In this document: positions 54,264 to 64,000 of the stretch, piece after piece
How positions within the stretch are numbered: position 1 is the first letter of the stretch
How the letters are laid out: every line of letters begins with the position of its first letter
Assembly: GCA_965219415.1 (NCBI GenBank)
Contig: CBDCNP010000002.1
Location: forward strand, 3,872,001-3,936,000
Length of the DNA stretch: 64,000 nucleotides
Direction of reading: 5' to 3'
From: Candidatus Marinacidobacterales bacterium
GTDB taxonomy: Bacteria; Acidobacteriota; Vicinamibacteria; Marinacidobacterales; DATDRI01
Notes under the pieces: generated by a model
Told to the model about the DNA's origin: nothing
Database searches by the model: none
The model's input: the letters and a program-made list of their open reading frames with translations, nothing else
Position numbers and translations under genes: made by a program

Positions 54264-57200
54264 TCACCGGCGATCCCAGTAGTCCACCGGACGTACGTCG
54301 TCCCTTAGCATTTCTTGGTTAACCCAGTAGTAGCGACCGAAGGGGCGCTTTTCGGGCCAGAGTTCATCGAGTGTATCAGCGTCATAGAGAATGCCGCCCT
54401 TCATGACGTACTGGATGTCCAGTGTATTTCGAATATTCTCCAGCGGGTTGGAGTTCAAAATTACCAGATCGGCAAGCTTCCCAGGAGCCAAAGACCCCAA
54501 ATCTTCATCGACACCAATGAAGTGCGCTCCATGAAGACTCGCAACTTCCAGGGCCCCCAAGGGGCCGAGCGCCGACGCAACCATCCAGACTTCCCAGTGA
54601 GACGACAATCCGTGCTGCTGGCCGTGAGAGCCGATCGCCCCATAGCCTCCTTGGGAAATGACGTCCGCCATCCCCTGTGCCCTCATCGGGAAGTCATAGT
54701 CGGTGACGGGACGTAGCATCCGGCGACGCAGGTGCGGCATGAGTTGCCACCAGGGCAAAAATCGCCGGAGTTTTTCGTTCTTCCACAGATCTTGCTCTTG
54801 AAAGAAATAGTCCTGGTTGAAAACATAACCGGGCCCAGCGACGGAGAAGGCTGGGGAGTAAACGAATCCCGCTTTTCCAAGAAACTTCGCGACGTCACCG
54901 TAAACAGGAATGCAACTCATTCCGTGCTCGAAGCCTGTGTGCCCGTCCATGACCATGCTCAGGTTGTATTCTAGGTCGGCGCCCTCGGCGGTTACCGTGA
55001 CGCCCGTCTCTCGCGCCGCGTCGACCACCCATTGCCGCTGCTCACGGCGAGGCTGAAGGTACTGCTTAATGGCAACGGCTCCCGCACTAGTTCTTCGCCG
55101 CACTTCCTGCATCGCTACCCGGTAACTGGTGATGGGATTTGGACCGGGACCGTTGCCTGCACCGATCGCGTCTCCTGTGCTAAACGTGCGTGGTCCGATC
55201 ACCAAACCCGCTGCAGTCAGCTCGGAGGTGGGGAAAATTTGCTGAGAAGACCCGCCCGGGTTTCGGGTGGTGGTGACGCCGTGGGCAAGGTAGACGGCGG
55301 TTTCGAAGTTGTGTGGCGGTATCAAGCCCTCGTGCTGGGTATGATGGTGAGCGTGGACGTCGATCAACCCGGGGATGATGGTCTTGCCGGAGATGTCGAT
55401 GACCCGTTGCGCCGTCGACGTGTCGCACTTTCCCACGCAACCGATGCGCGGACCCTCTATGACGACATCCCCCCGGTGGATAACGCTAGGTTCCTCGAGG
55501 GTGATAATTCGTGCGTTCTTGAAAGCTATGGTGCCTTGGGGGATTCCTCGCGGTACGCGAAGATCGATCGTGACCGTGTCCATACTGCCTTCGGTGACAT
55601 CGTAGGAGAAGTAGCGCTGGCCGTAACCGAACTCGAGCGTCTTGCGGTTTTTCCATCGAGGAAAAACGCCACCGTGAAAACTAAGACGCCTTACTTCCGC
55701 GCTTCCCTTGTCTATTGGTTTCGCCGACGCACCTACGAACGGTAACAGGTAGATGTTCTCTCCCTGCTGAAACGCGACCCACTGTCCGTCCGGTGACAAG
55801 GCAATTTGCGCGGCGTCACGGAAGGTGAGATGCACCTTCTTATTGCTTCCGTCCGCTTCGACCGAGAGCAACTCGGTGACGGTCCCTTCCCGTTCACTAG
55901 TCTGCTGCGGGTAGAAAATGCGACCGTTCGAGCCGAAAGAGGACTGAATGATCGGAGGTCTAACGGTTCCACCGCCCGGTGGTCGAACGCCATCGAAGAT
56001 GGGACGATTTACTCTAGCCACGAACGTTCCTGGTCCACCTGTCGCCGGAACCCTCACTAGCTCGTACCAGACATTGCCTCTTACAGGCCGACCGCGGGCG
56101 GTCGCTCCGGAACCACGAAGAACAAGAATCTCGTTTCCATCCGGGCTCCACACCGGGTGGAAGTACTCTCCGGGCTCTGTGGTGAGCCGCTTGGGTACTT
56201 CACCTTTTGCTGAAACCTTCCAGAGATGTCCCCGATTCTTTTCATCCCAGCTCGCGAAGACGATCCAATCGCCGTCGGGGGACCAACAAGGCATGAACTC
56301 GAAGGGGGTGAAGGCTTCCGAGGTCAGCCGTTTCGGTTCTCCATTGGGGAGACTCTTTTGCCACACTTTCCCGACGCCCTGAAAGACGAGTGTCTTCCCA
56401 TTGGGAGACGCAGTGGGGTTCTGCAGATATCGCACGGGGAAAACGTCATCGGAGAGCTGGATGGGCGTATAGGCTCTCTCGGAAAGCGTACGACGCACTT
56501 TCGCGATAAAGGGGATCGTATCGACGGTTCCATTTTGGACGTGGACCCGCCGGATCTTGCCCCCTTGGGCGATCAAGATCGATTTTGCATCAGGCATCCA
56601 ACGGTATCTTGGTAGCAAACTCACCGCGTACCAAAGGTCCCAACCGGACTGGTCCGTTTCGATGGGATCCATGAGGATCTGCTCGCTACCGGTCTTCAGA
56701 TCCCGCAACCAAAGAGACGTCCTCGGACCGTAGTGATGACCTTTGTACGAGATCTTGCCGTCGGGAATGCGCCGCGCGAAGGCAAGCCATCGCCCGTCGG
56801 GAGATATCTGAGGCGCAATGGCACCACCATTCGACAACCGGTACGAGCCGGCGCCAGGATCGCCCCTGCCGGACGTCATCTCTTCTATTCCTCCGCTAAC
56901 AAGATGGAGTCGTCGGATCTGATAGTCGCCCTGGACCAGATCCACCGCACGTGGAATGCCTGTGAATGCCTGAAAATAGAGATACTTTCCGTCTCGCGAT
57001 ACCGAAGGAAATGCAGCGCCTCGTACTGCGCCACCCACAAGCTCGACGCTCTTACCGGTTTCGACATGAACCCTCCACAACCGGGTCCGCAGGCGGTGGC
57101 GACGTCCCCCATTCATGTTCTGAACCTTCACGATGACGTCGCTGCCGTCAGCAGTCCACTCGGGCTCGTCCATGCGATGGTCCGAGTCTGCAAGCAATAA

Positions 57201-57590
57201 TCGTGGGTCGGAGCCGTTAGCCTCCATCGTCCAAAGGTTCAACTGCCCTGACCGATCGGACACGAAGGCGATAGTTTGTCCATCAGGAGAGTAACGCGGC
57301 TGAGAGTTGATGGCGACGCCGCTGTCCTGGGTTATGCACTCTGCTTTGCCGCCCTCGATGCCAACACGGTAGATGTGACCGAGTAGATCGAAGGCCACCC
57401 AGCGACCGTCGGGTGAGACATCCACCGACATCCAGGTTCCTTCTTCCGTTGTGAATTCGAGTGGACGCGTCCTACCCCGTGGCTTAGTCACATCCCATTC
57501 AGACTGGCCGTGAAGGAGTGTGGGTGTGCCGAGCATTGCGGCAGCTAGGAACGTTATGGCGATGAATGAACGAGTCGACTCTACAGCCAT
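54264..57590 (-). CDS. PD40 beta-propeller + amidohydrolase fusion, secreted
   Basis: EEGTWMSVDVSPDG, multiple WSPDG repeats, PGLIDVHAH, GSLAPGKLADLVIL. Confidence 0.92.
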   Translation of the reverse strand: MAVESTRSFIAITFLAAAMLGTPTLLHGQSEWDVTKPRGRTRPLEFTTEEGTWMSVDVSPDGRWVAFDLLGHIYRVGIEGGKAECITQDSGVAINSQPRYSPDGQTIAFVSDRSGQLNLWTMEANGSDPRLLLADSDHRMDEPEWTADGSDVIVKVQNMNGGRRHRLRTRLWRVHVETGKSVELVGGAVRGAAFPSVSRDGKYLYFQAFTGIPRAVDLVQGDYQIRRLHLVSGGIEEMTSGRGDPGAGSYRLSNGGAIAPQISPDGRWLAFARRIPDGKISYKGHHYGPRTSLWLRDLKTGSEQILMDPIETDQSGWDLWYAVSLLPRYRWMPDAKSILIAQGGKIRRVHVQNGTVDTIPFIAKVRRTLSERAYTPIQLSDDVFPVRYLQNPTASPNGKTLVFQGVGKVWQKSLPNGEPKRLTSEAFTPFEFMPCWSPDGDWIVFASWDEKNRGHLWKVSAKGEVPKRLTTEPGEYFHPVWSPDGNEILVLRGSGATARGRPVRGNVWYELVRVPATGGPGTFVARVNRPIFDGVRPPGGGTVRPPIIQSSFGSNGRIFYPQQTSEREGTVTELLSVEADGSNKKVHLTFRDAAQIALSPDGQWVAFQQGENIYLLPFVGASAKPIDKGSAEVRRLSFHGGVFPRWKNRKTLEFGYGQRYFSYDVTEGSMDTVTIDLRVPRGIPQGTIAFKNARIITLEEPSVIHRGDVVIEGPRIGCVGKCDTSTAQRVIDISGKTIIPGLIDVHAHHHTQHEGLIPPHNFETAVYLAHGVTTTRNPGGSSQQIFPTSELTAAGLVIGPRTFSTGDAIGAGNGPGPNPITSYRVAMQEVRRRTSAGAVAIKQYLQPRREQRQWVVDAARETGVTVTAEGADLEYNLSMVMDGHTGFEHGMSCIPVYGDVAKFLGKAGFVYSPAFSVAGPGYVFNQDYFFQEQDLWKNEKLRRFLPWWQLMPHLRRRMLRPVTDYDFPMRAQGMADVISQGGYGAIGSHGQQHGLSSHWEVWMVASALGPLGALEVASLHGAHFIGVDEDLGSLAPGKLADLVILNSNPLENIRNTLDIQYVMKGGILYDADTLDELWPEKRPFGRYYWVNQEMLRDDVRPVDYWDRR

Positions 57591-57647
57591 GGTATACCTC
57601 TCAACGGTTCAGGGAATCTCTTGCGTGGGATTGGGACGCAACGGCCC

Positions 57648-58882
57648 TGACCTGACCCCACGGTTAGTACCACGTTGTATTTCAGTAACTCGGTGCTGAC
57701 AAAGGCTGGTTGAAGCCGGCGGAGTGGAGCGGAGCCGGTTTCAACCAAATCGTTTCTGGCGCCGGCGGGCGGTAACTCAACGAGCTGTGGGGTCTGAGGC
57801 GATTGAACTCTTGCCGCCACCTTTCGATCACGACCTTGGCCTCCTTCAAGGTGTAGAAAATCTCTCCGTTGAGCAGTTCGTCACGTAGCTTACCGTTGAA
57901 GCTCTCCACATAGCCGTTTTCCCATGGCGAGCCCGGTTCGATGAACAGCGTCGTGACTCCCCCGAGATAACCACTCACGCACCGCCGCAGCCGTAAACTC
58001 CGGACCGTTATCGGAGCGAATATGTGCCGGGACACCCCGATGCACGAACAGCTCACCCAGCCGCTCCAGCACGCTCTCCGAGTTCAGCTTCCGCTCCACA
58101 TCGATCGCTAGACACTCCTTGGTGTATCGTCAGCAGACGCAAGGCTCGACCGTCATGCGTGCGGTGATGAAGGAAATCGTAAGCCCAAACATGGTCCTTA
58201 CGTTCCGGCCGTAGGCGAATGCACGAACCGTCATCCAGCCATAGCCGTGCTCGTTTCGGCTGTTTCTTGGGCACTTTTAGCCCCTCGCGGCGCCAGATCC
58301 GTTGCACACGCTTTCGGTTCACCCGCCAACCCTCGACCCGCAGCAACGCTGTGACCCTCCGGTACCCATAGCGACCGTATTCCCGGGCCAGCTCAATGAC
58401 CCTCTCGGTCAGCCTGTGCTCGTCGGCCGGCTTCGGCACATACCTCCGCGTCGTGCGCGGCTGCTTCAGCACCCGGCACGCCCGGCGCTCGGAAACGCAC
58501 CGCACCTGGACCACCGCTTCACGGCGCCCGGCTGGGCTCAAAAGTTTCCCTCCGCTACCTCCTGGAGAATCGACAGGTCAAGCTCCTTCTCCGCCAGAAG
58601 CTTCTTCAGCCGCGTGTTCTCCTTCTCGAGCTGCTTGAGACGTTTGGCCTGCTCCAGCTTCAAACCACCATACTCTCTCCGCCAACGGTAGTAGGTATGC
58701 TCCGTAATCGCCAGTTTCCGGCACACCTCTTTGACCCTCCCTCCCTTGGCCAACCCGACCTCCGCCTCCCTCAGTTTGCGAACGATCTGTTCCGCGCTGT
58801 GTCGCTTCTTCGCCATTTCGACCTCACTTATACGACCCAGATTATGAGATTGCAGCTGGACCCGTTTTAGGGGGGCAGGTCA
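57648..58882 (-). mobile_element. IS3-family (IS407 group) element, degraded
   Basis: IRs TGACCTG(A/C)CCCC; orfA 58538-58816 intact; orfB split by frameshifts (WAYDF / RSDNGPEF / PGSPWENGYVESFNG). Confidence 0.9.
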
Positions 58883-59198
58883 TCTTCAGAATTCTGGTTC
58901 AAACTCTAGCACGCAGACGGGTTAGGGGCTGGCCGCCAACACTTAATTGCGGAAGCACCAAATCCTGCCATAGTGCTTGACTAGTATGAACCAATGTGGT
59001 ATTGGCACCTTGTCCACTTGGTCTCTCTCTCATGGCAAATGCTGCAGCGTTCCTGAGAATTCCATTACCTGAATTCTGCCCCATATCCCTAATCTTTTCA
59101 AGACCAAGAGTTGCTGAGAACCGGGTTCGGCTCGGCAAGACGTTGATTTTTCATCTACCGGAACTTTCGACAAATTTTAGAAGAAGAGGAGGAGAGCC

Positions 59199-62100
59199 AT
59201 GAAGAGACACTTGACATTTGTACTCGTGTGGCTTGGGGCAGTCTTTGTTGCCTCCATCGCACACGGCCAGATCACCGGTACGATCACCGGTACGGTTGTT
59301 GACCAGACCGGAGCGGTGGTGCCGGGAGCCACGGTAACGGCTGCGAGCCCCAACCTTCTACGTAGCGATGTCTTCTCGGTCGCTAACCAACAGGGGCGCT
59401 ACCGACTCGTCGGCCTAACTGCGGGCGTTTATGAACTTTCGGTGCAAATGGACGGTTTCGCGCCAAAGAGACTGACGGAGATCAGACTGGGGCTCAATGA
59501 AACCAAGGAAGTCAAGATTGTGTTAGAGCTTGCTGGCATTGCAGAACAAACCACTGTCGTCGCTGGAGCGCCCGTGGTGGAGGTCAAGTCTAGCGGGCTG
59601 GGATTGGCGATTCTACCGGAGGTGATTGACACAATGCCGCTCAAGGGACGGGAGTTCCTGGATTTGATGGGACTTGTCCCTGGCACTGCTCCCCGCGTCG
59701 GAAATGCCATTGCGCTCAACGGCGATCAGGGAGCCGCGGTGACCGTCTTTGCCGAGCGGTCGGTCACCAACTCGTTCCTGGTCGACGGGATGATGAACAA
59801 GGATGACTATACCGGAAGCTTCGCTGAGTTCTATATTCAGGATGTCATCCAAGAGTTCAAAGTAGAATTGGGCGGCTACCAGGCCGAGTTCGGCCGCGCG
59901 TCCGGAGCCGTCGCGAACATCATCACAAAGTCAGGCGGGAACGATTTCGGTGGCCGTGGGTTCTTCTTTCTCCGAGATGATGGGCTGAATTCCACCAACG
60001 TCCCTGATCAGGATCCTCCCCAGCTTCGGCGGACAGAAGTGGGTGGGACATTCGGCGGGCCTATCGCACGGGACAAAACATGGTTTTTCGCAGCAGGGCA
60101 AATCGTCACCGAGGCACGTGGCTCCACGCTTCAACTAACCGCGGTACCGCAAGTCCTGAAAGATGGATGGTTCACCCCAACCCCTGGTCAAGAAATTTTT
60201 GACGCAAAGCCGGACGCCCAGAGGCTCACCTTGTTTGGCAAGGTAAATCACCAGTTCAGCCCCTCTCAAAACCTCTACGTGACTGTGAACATGAATTTGG
60301 GCGAAGAGCTCAACTCCCTCCCGCCGGGGGGGGGACACACCTTCATCCCTCTGAACTCGACCAGCAACGATTACGAGAAAAACACCTATAGCGCTACAGG
60401 GCGTCATACAGCCTTTTTTGGAGGCGACGCGTTCCTCGAGTCGTCTCTTCGCTACTTGCGGATTCGGAACCAGACCAACACAGAAAAGACTCTCGGCGCG
60501 GAGTTCATTTATCCGGGTACCTTCAACGAGATTGGGCAGGCACAGTTCTGGATCACGAACGCGTCCTCGGAAGGCATTACTGATCTAGAGCATGAGCGTT
60601 ACCAGTGGATGCAGACCATGAGCGCGTTCAGAGAAACCGACAACTGGGGTCGCCATGACCTTAAGTTCGGCTTCGACTTTACTCGGGTGAACTTTGACCG
60701 CAGCCACTTTCCACCGAGTTATCTGATTGTCTCGAACACGCTCTACCAACGAGAATACCAGAACTTGGATATTGGGACCGTCGAGGTGATACGGAACGAA
60801 GGGCTAACCCTAGATGACCGGACTCGGTCACAGGCGGCGAATAACGTTCTCGGCGCCTTCGGCCAGGACTCGTGGGAAGTCCGCGACGGGCTGACAATCA
60901 ATGCCGGGATCCGTTACGACTACGCGTCTTTATTTAGCGAGGACAAGGATAATTTTGCGCCACGCATCGGCGTTGCGTGGGATCCGAAAAACGATGGCAA
61001 GACCGTTCTGAGGGCAAGCTTTGGAATTTACTATGATCAGAACATTCTCGAACTCGCACAGGAAGTTCCTGAGCTGGGTGGCATCCAAGGCTTAGCCTGG
61101 TCGCATATCCTCATCCCACGCGGGGCATCCTGGTTCGATAATCCAGCGATAGGAGCTTTCGATCCCCTCCATGCCGGGGGCACGCGCTGGCTGGCGCATC
61201 CTGAGTTCTTCTCACATATCCTTCCTGAAGGTGCTGAGCGGTGTGCTGGAGACCTGTGCATTACAGGGCAGGGACGACCCTATATCCTCTATGAGCTCCT
61301 TGGTGTCCCGGTAACCGACCCGCTGAATCCGCCCATACTGGAATACGGCTCTATCGAACAGCTTACCGGTGGGCGATTCACCCCGGAAGAAGCCCTCCAA
61401 ACGATCAACAACTTCTTCGGTCCTCATTTCTTCAATCGATTTGGTTGGGCTGAGCCTCCCGATGAAGGATCGGTCATCAGCGGCCGCTATATGCAATTCT
61501 TTTACCGCACCAACGGACCGGCGGTCACGCGCCTCAAAACATTACAACATCCTGTGAAAACGCCCTATACACGGTCGTTCAACTTTGGCATCGCTCGTGA
61601 AATCGTCGGCGACTTCTCAATAGATGCGGCAATCTTCATACGACGGTCGCGAGATCTTCTCGCCTCCCGCGTCATCAACCTCCGGGATATTCCTCGGGGT
61701 GCGGGCTGCTTCGAGAATACGACCGACAGTGGACCCTGCAACAATCAGGTCGGGTACAGTGGCTTCCTGGATGCCAACGTCTTCACTCTGGCTCTCGAGA
61801 AGCGTTTTTCAAATGGCTACCAGTTTCTCGGAAGCTACACTTATACCGACGCCGTCGACAACTTCACTTCCTACCGCGTACCGCCTCGGGGGGCTAGTAC
61901 GAGCTTTCTCTTTAACAACCAGCCGGAGCTAGATATCGGTCGCAGTCTAATGGCGCCGAACCATGTCTTTACGTTCAGTGGTGTTGTGCGAATACCTTAC
62001 GGAATTCACGTATCGGGTATCCTAAACGCCTCGTCGGGATTGCCCTTTAATGCGTCTGGCTTCGGAGTGGACTCGGATGGGGACGGCATTTTCGACAACC

Positions 62101-62342
62101 GACTAGCCACGACCGAAAAGGGTGAGTTTGCGACAGACTCGCTCCTGAATGTGGACATGCGGCTTGCCAAGACGGTCAACTTGGGTTCATCACGAGCACT
62201 GACGGTTCTAGTAGAAATGTTCAACTTAACCAATGAAGCGAATCCGGCCCGGATCATCACTGCTTTCGGAGAGGACATCGGCATAACTATCGAACCACTG
62301 CCGGGGCGTGAGTTACAAATAGGCGTTCGTTTCGACTTCTGA
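59199..62342 (+). CDS. TonB-dependent receptor (Oar-like)
   Basis: Signal peptide, GTVVDQTGAVVPGATV, NIITKSGGN, NFAPRIGVAWD, C-terminal GVRFDF. Confidence 0.93.
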   Translation: MKRHLTFVLVWLGAVFVASIAHGQITGTITGTVVDQTGAVVPGATVTAASPNLLRSDVFSVANQQGRYRLVGLTAGVYELSVQMDGFAPKRLTEIRLGLNETKEVKIVLELAGIAEQTTVVAGAPVVEVKSSGLGLAILPEVIDTMPLKGREFLDLMGLVPGTAPRVGNAIALNGDQGAAVTVFAERSVTNSFLVDGMMNKDDYTGSFAEFYIQDVIQEFKVELGGYQAEFGRASGAVANIITKSGGNDFGGRGFFFLRDDGLNSTNVPDQDPPQLRRTEVGGTFGGPIARDKTWFFAAGQIVTEARGSTLQLTAVPQVLKDGWFTPTPGQEIFDAKPDAQRLTLFGKVNHQFSPSQNLYVTVNMNLGEELNSLPPGGGHTFIPLNSTSNDYEKNTYSATGRHTAFFGGDAFLESSLRYLRIRNQTNTEKTLGAEFIYPGTFNEIGQAQFWITNASSEGITDLEHERYQWMQTMSAFRETDNWGRHDLKFGFDFTRVNFDRSHFPPSYLIVSNTLYQREYQNLDIGTVEVIRNEGLTLDDRTRSQAANNVLGAFGQDSWEVRDGLTINAGIRYDYASLFSEDKDNFAPRIGVAWDPKNDGKTVLRASFGIYYDQNILELAQEVPELGGIQGLAWSHILIPRGASWFDNPAIGAFDPLHAGGTRWLAHPEFFSHILPEGAERCAGDLCITGQGRPYILYELLGVPVTDPLNPPILEYGSIEQLTGGRFTPEEALQTINNFFGPHFFNRFGWAEPPDEGSVISGRYMQFFYRTNGPAVTRLKTLQHPVKTPYTRSFNFGIAREIVGDFSIDAAIFIRRSRDLLASRVINLRDIPRGAGCFENTTDSGPCNNQVGYSGFLDANVFTLALEKRFSNGYQFLGSYTYTDAVDNFTSYRVPPRGASTSFLFNNQPELDIGRSLMAPNHVFTFSGVVRIPYGIHVSGILNASSGLPFNASGFGVDSDGDGIFDNRLATTEKGEFATDSLLNVDMRLAKTVNLGSSRALTVLVEMFNLTNEANPARIITAFGEDIGITIEPLPGRELQIGVRFDF

Positions 62343-62377
62343 TTAAGACCGCCTGGCGAACTGGACCGATACAAATC

Positions 62378-62412
62378 CGGGGCCCTGGCTTCCGAATGGC
62401 CAGGGCCCCGGG
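62378..62412. terminator. GC-rich hairpin after the TonB receptor
   Basis: CCGGGGCCCTGGC...GCCAGGGCCCCGG inverted repeat. Confidence 0.6.
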
Positions 62413-62509
62413 ACCTGAAGGGGTGGCGGCAGTTTGTACCCAGAACAAGGAGAGCCAAAACCCAGCCTTGCCGCAGACAAGAAAGCACTGAACGGGGGAA
62501 AAGTAATTC

Positions 62510-62770
62510 ATGGTCCTTGACCGCAAACCTGAGAAGAAAGTCGATGGGGTCAACGTAAGGCCGGTTGGTAAGGACATTGGCGAGCGTATCTCCGTGCTCC
62601 GCCGCGAACGGCACCTGAGTTTAGAGGCGTTGGCGGCTGAGATGGGTTTGACGGCGTCATACCTGAGCAAACTGGAACGAGGTCGGACGAGCATCTCCAT
62701 TTTCTGGGTGTGGAAATGGTCTACTTTTTCAAGCGAGATGAGAGGCTTTCCGGGCCGCTTCGAACCCTAG
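62510..62770 (+). pseudogene. XRE HTH regulator, truncated
   Basis: IGERISVLRRERHLSLEALA...SYLSKLERG, then similarity is lost. Confidence 0.6.
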
Positions 62771-62805
62771 GTTAGACCGGGATCTTATCCGCAGGAGACA
62801 GATAT

Positions 62806-64000
62806 ATGCCGATGGCAATCGTCATGGCGCTGACGCTGATGTTGACGGTCGCAGCGCAAGCAACTCCGAACGGGTTTACCGAAAAGTGGACTGTCATTCA
62901 CGCCGGTACACTGCTCGCTGTGCCTGGGGAAGAGGCAAAGCGACGGCAAAGCGTCATCATAGCAGAGGGGAGGATCGTCGAAGTCCGCCCCGGCTTCGTG
63001 AACTCTTCGACGACCGGCGGGGGTGTCAAGACGCAACTCGTCGATCTCTCCAACAGCTTTGTGATGCCGGGGCTCATTGATGCCCACACTCACATCACAC
63101 ACTCTCCGAGCCGCACCGCTAGACTAGAGAAGGTCATGGAGAATGATGCCGACGTTGCTCTGACGGCATCGGTGCACGCTCGAGTGACTCTAGAAGCAGG
63201 CTTCACGACGATTCGCGATGTCGGCGCATCGGGTCATGCGATTTTCGCTGTTCGGGACGCTATCGACCGCGGGGGGATCGCGGGACCGAGGATTCTTGCA
63301 GCCGGTGAAACCATTACCGCGACCGGAGGACATGGTGACATGCATGGCTACCGTGCCGACGTGCTCAAAGTGCTCGCCAGCGGTGGTGTCTGCGACGGTG
63401 CGGACGATTGTCGCCAGGCAGTCAGAGAGCAGATCAAGCGGGGTGCCGACCTGATCAAGGTGATGGCAACGGGCGGTGCGGCCAGCGAGACGGCCACTGG
63501 AGTGGGAGTACAGATGACCGAAGAGGAGCTCCGGGTCGTGGTACAGACCGCGAACGCCTTGGGCCGCAAGGTGGCGGCCCATGCGCACGCAGCCAACGGT
63601 GTCAAGGCGGCACTGCGTGCAGGTGTAGACTCCATCGAGCATGGAACGTGGGCGGACAGGGACGAAGAGATCTTCCAGCTATTCAAAGAAAGCGGAGCTT
63701 ACCTGGTGCCCACGGCGTACCTTATTGAGTACGTCGGTGATACGAAGGACAAAGTTCGGAAGGGTCCTTGGGGGTATCAGCCGCCGGAAGTGCTCGAGAA
63801 GGTCTTCGAGATCGTTCTTCCCCAGCAGCCTAGGGTCATGACCCGCGCCGCTCACGCGGCTGGTGTCAAGATTGCTCTCGGTACCGATGCCGGATTGTTC
63901 GCTCACGGCGACAATGCGCGCGAACTCATCGAATACGTTCGGATTGGGATGACGGAGATGGAAGCCCTCCAGGCCGGTACGGTCAATGGAGCAGAGCTTC
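62806..64000 (+). CDS. Metal-dependent amidohydrolase (Xaa-Pro dipeptidase-like); runs off the window end
   Basis: RBS AGGAG; signal peptide, MPGLIDAHTH, GFTTIRDVG, IKVMATGG, AAHAH, SIEHG, GTDAG; absent from the ORF track because it has no stop in the window. Confidence 0.9.
   Translation, partial: MPMAIVMALTLMLTVAAQATPNGFTEKWTVIHAGTLLAVPGEEAKRRQSVIIAEGRIVEVRPGFVNSSTTGGGVKTQLVDLSNSFVMPGLIDAHTHITHSPSRTARLEKVMENDADVALTASVHARVTLEAGFTTIRDVGASGHAIFAVRDAIDRGGIAGPRILAAGETITATGGHGDMHGYRADVLKVLASGGVCDGADDCRQAVREQIKRGADLIKVMATGGAASETATGVGVQMTEEELRVVVQTANALGRKVAAHAHAANGVKAALRAGVDSIEHGTWADRDEEIFQLFKESGAYLVPTAYLIEYVGDTKDKVRKGPWGYQPPEVLEKVFEIVLPQQPRVMTRAAHAAGVKIALGTDAGLFAHGDNARELIEYVRIGMTEMEALQAGTVNGAEL

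Overview
GC-rich bacterial chromosome segment spanning the replication origin. It is probably from an Acidobacteriota-like organism; this is inferred from the Oar-type TonB receptors, the split atp operon and gene style. Bases 1-33.3 kb are core genome: uvrD/pcrA end, gyrA-gyrB-dnaN-[oriC]-dnaA, rpmH-rnpA-yidD-yidC-jag-rsmG, a LAGLIDADG-like ORF, parS-parA-parB-bactofilin, a selenocysteine-containing selD, atpF'FHAGDC, a MATE pump, an orphan Dam-family methylase and a YyaL-like gene. Bases 33.4-64 kb are a decaying accessory region dense in IS elements (IS5, IS3, IS256, an rve-type element) and MITE-like pieces. Its cargo is a PD-(D/E)XK-like ORF, a PmtA-like methyltransferase, a dual-OB/DUF488 cluster remnant, an XRE regulator plus a conserved unknown gene, peptidases/amidohydrolases and two TonB-dependent receptors. 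The most interesting signals are: (1) a dispersed, non-palindromic ~41-bp motif (GYCAAAATA-N19-21-TRGYCAGRCG) found about 10 times in the origin-proximal core, including three copies in the oriC spacer; (2) a LAGLIDADG protein that appears catalytically altered, next to parS/parAB; (3) a leaderless XRE gene with a perfect 20-bp palindromic operator upstream of an uncharacterised gene; (4) two unclassified mobile-element end families that recurrently nest in each other. All calls are by eye; no database search was run.
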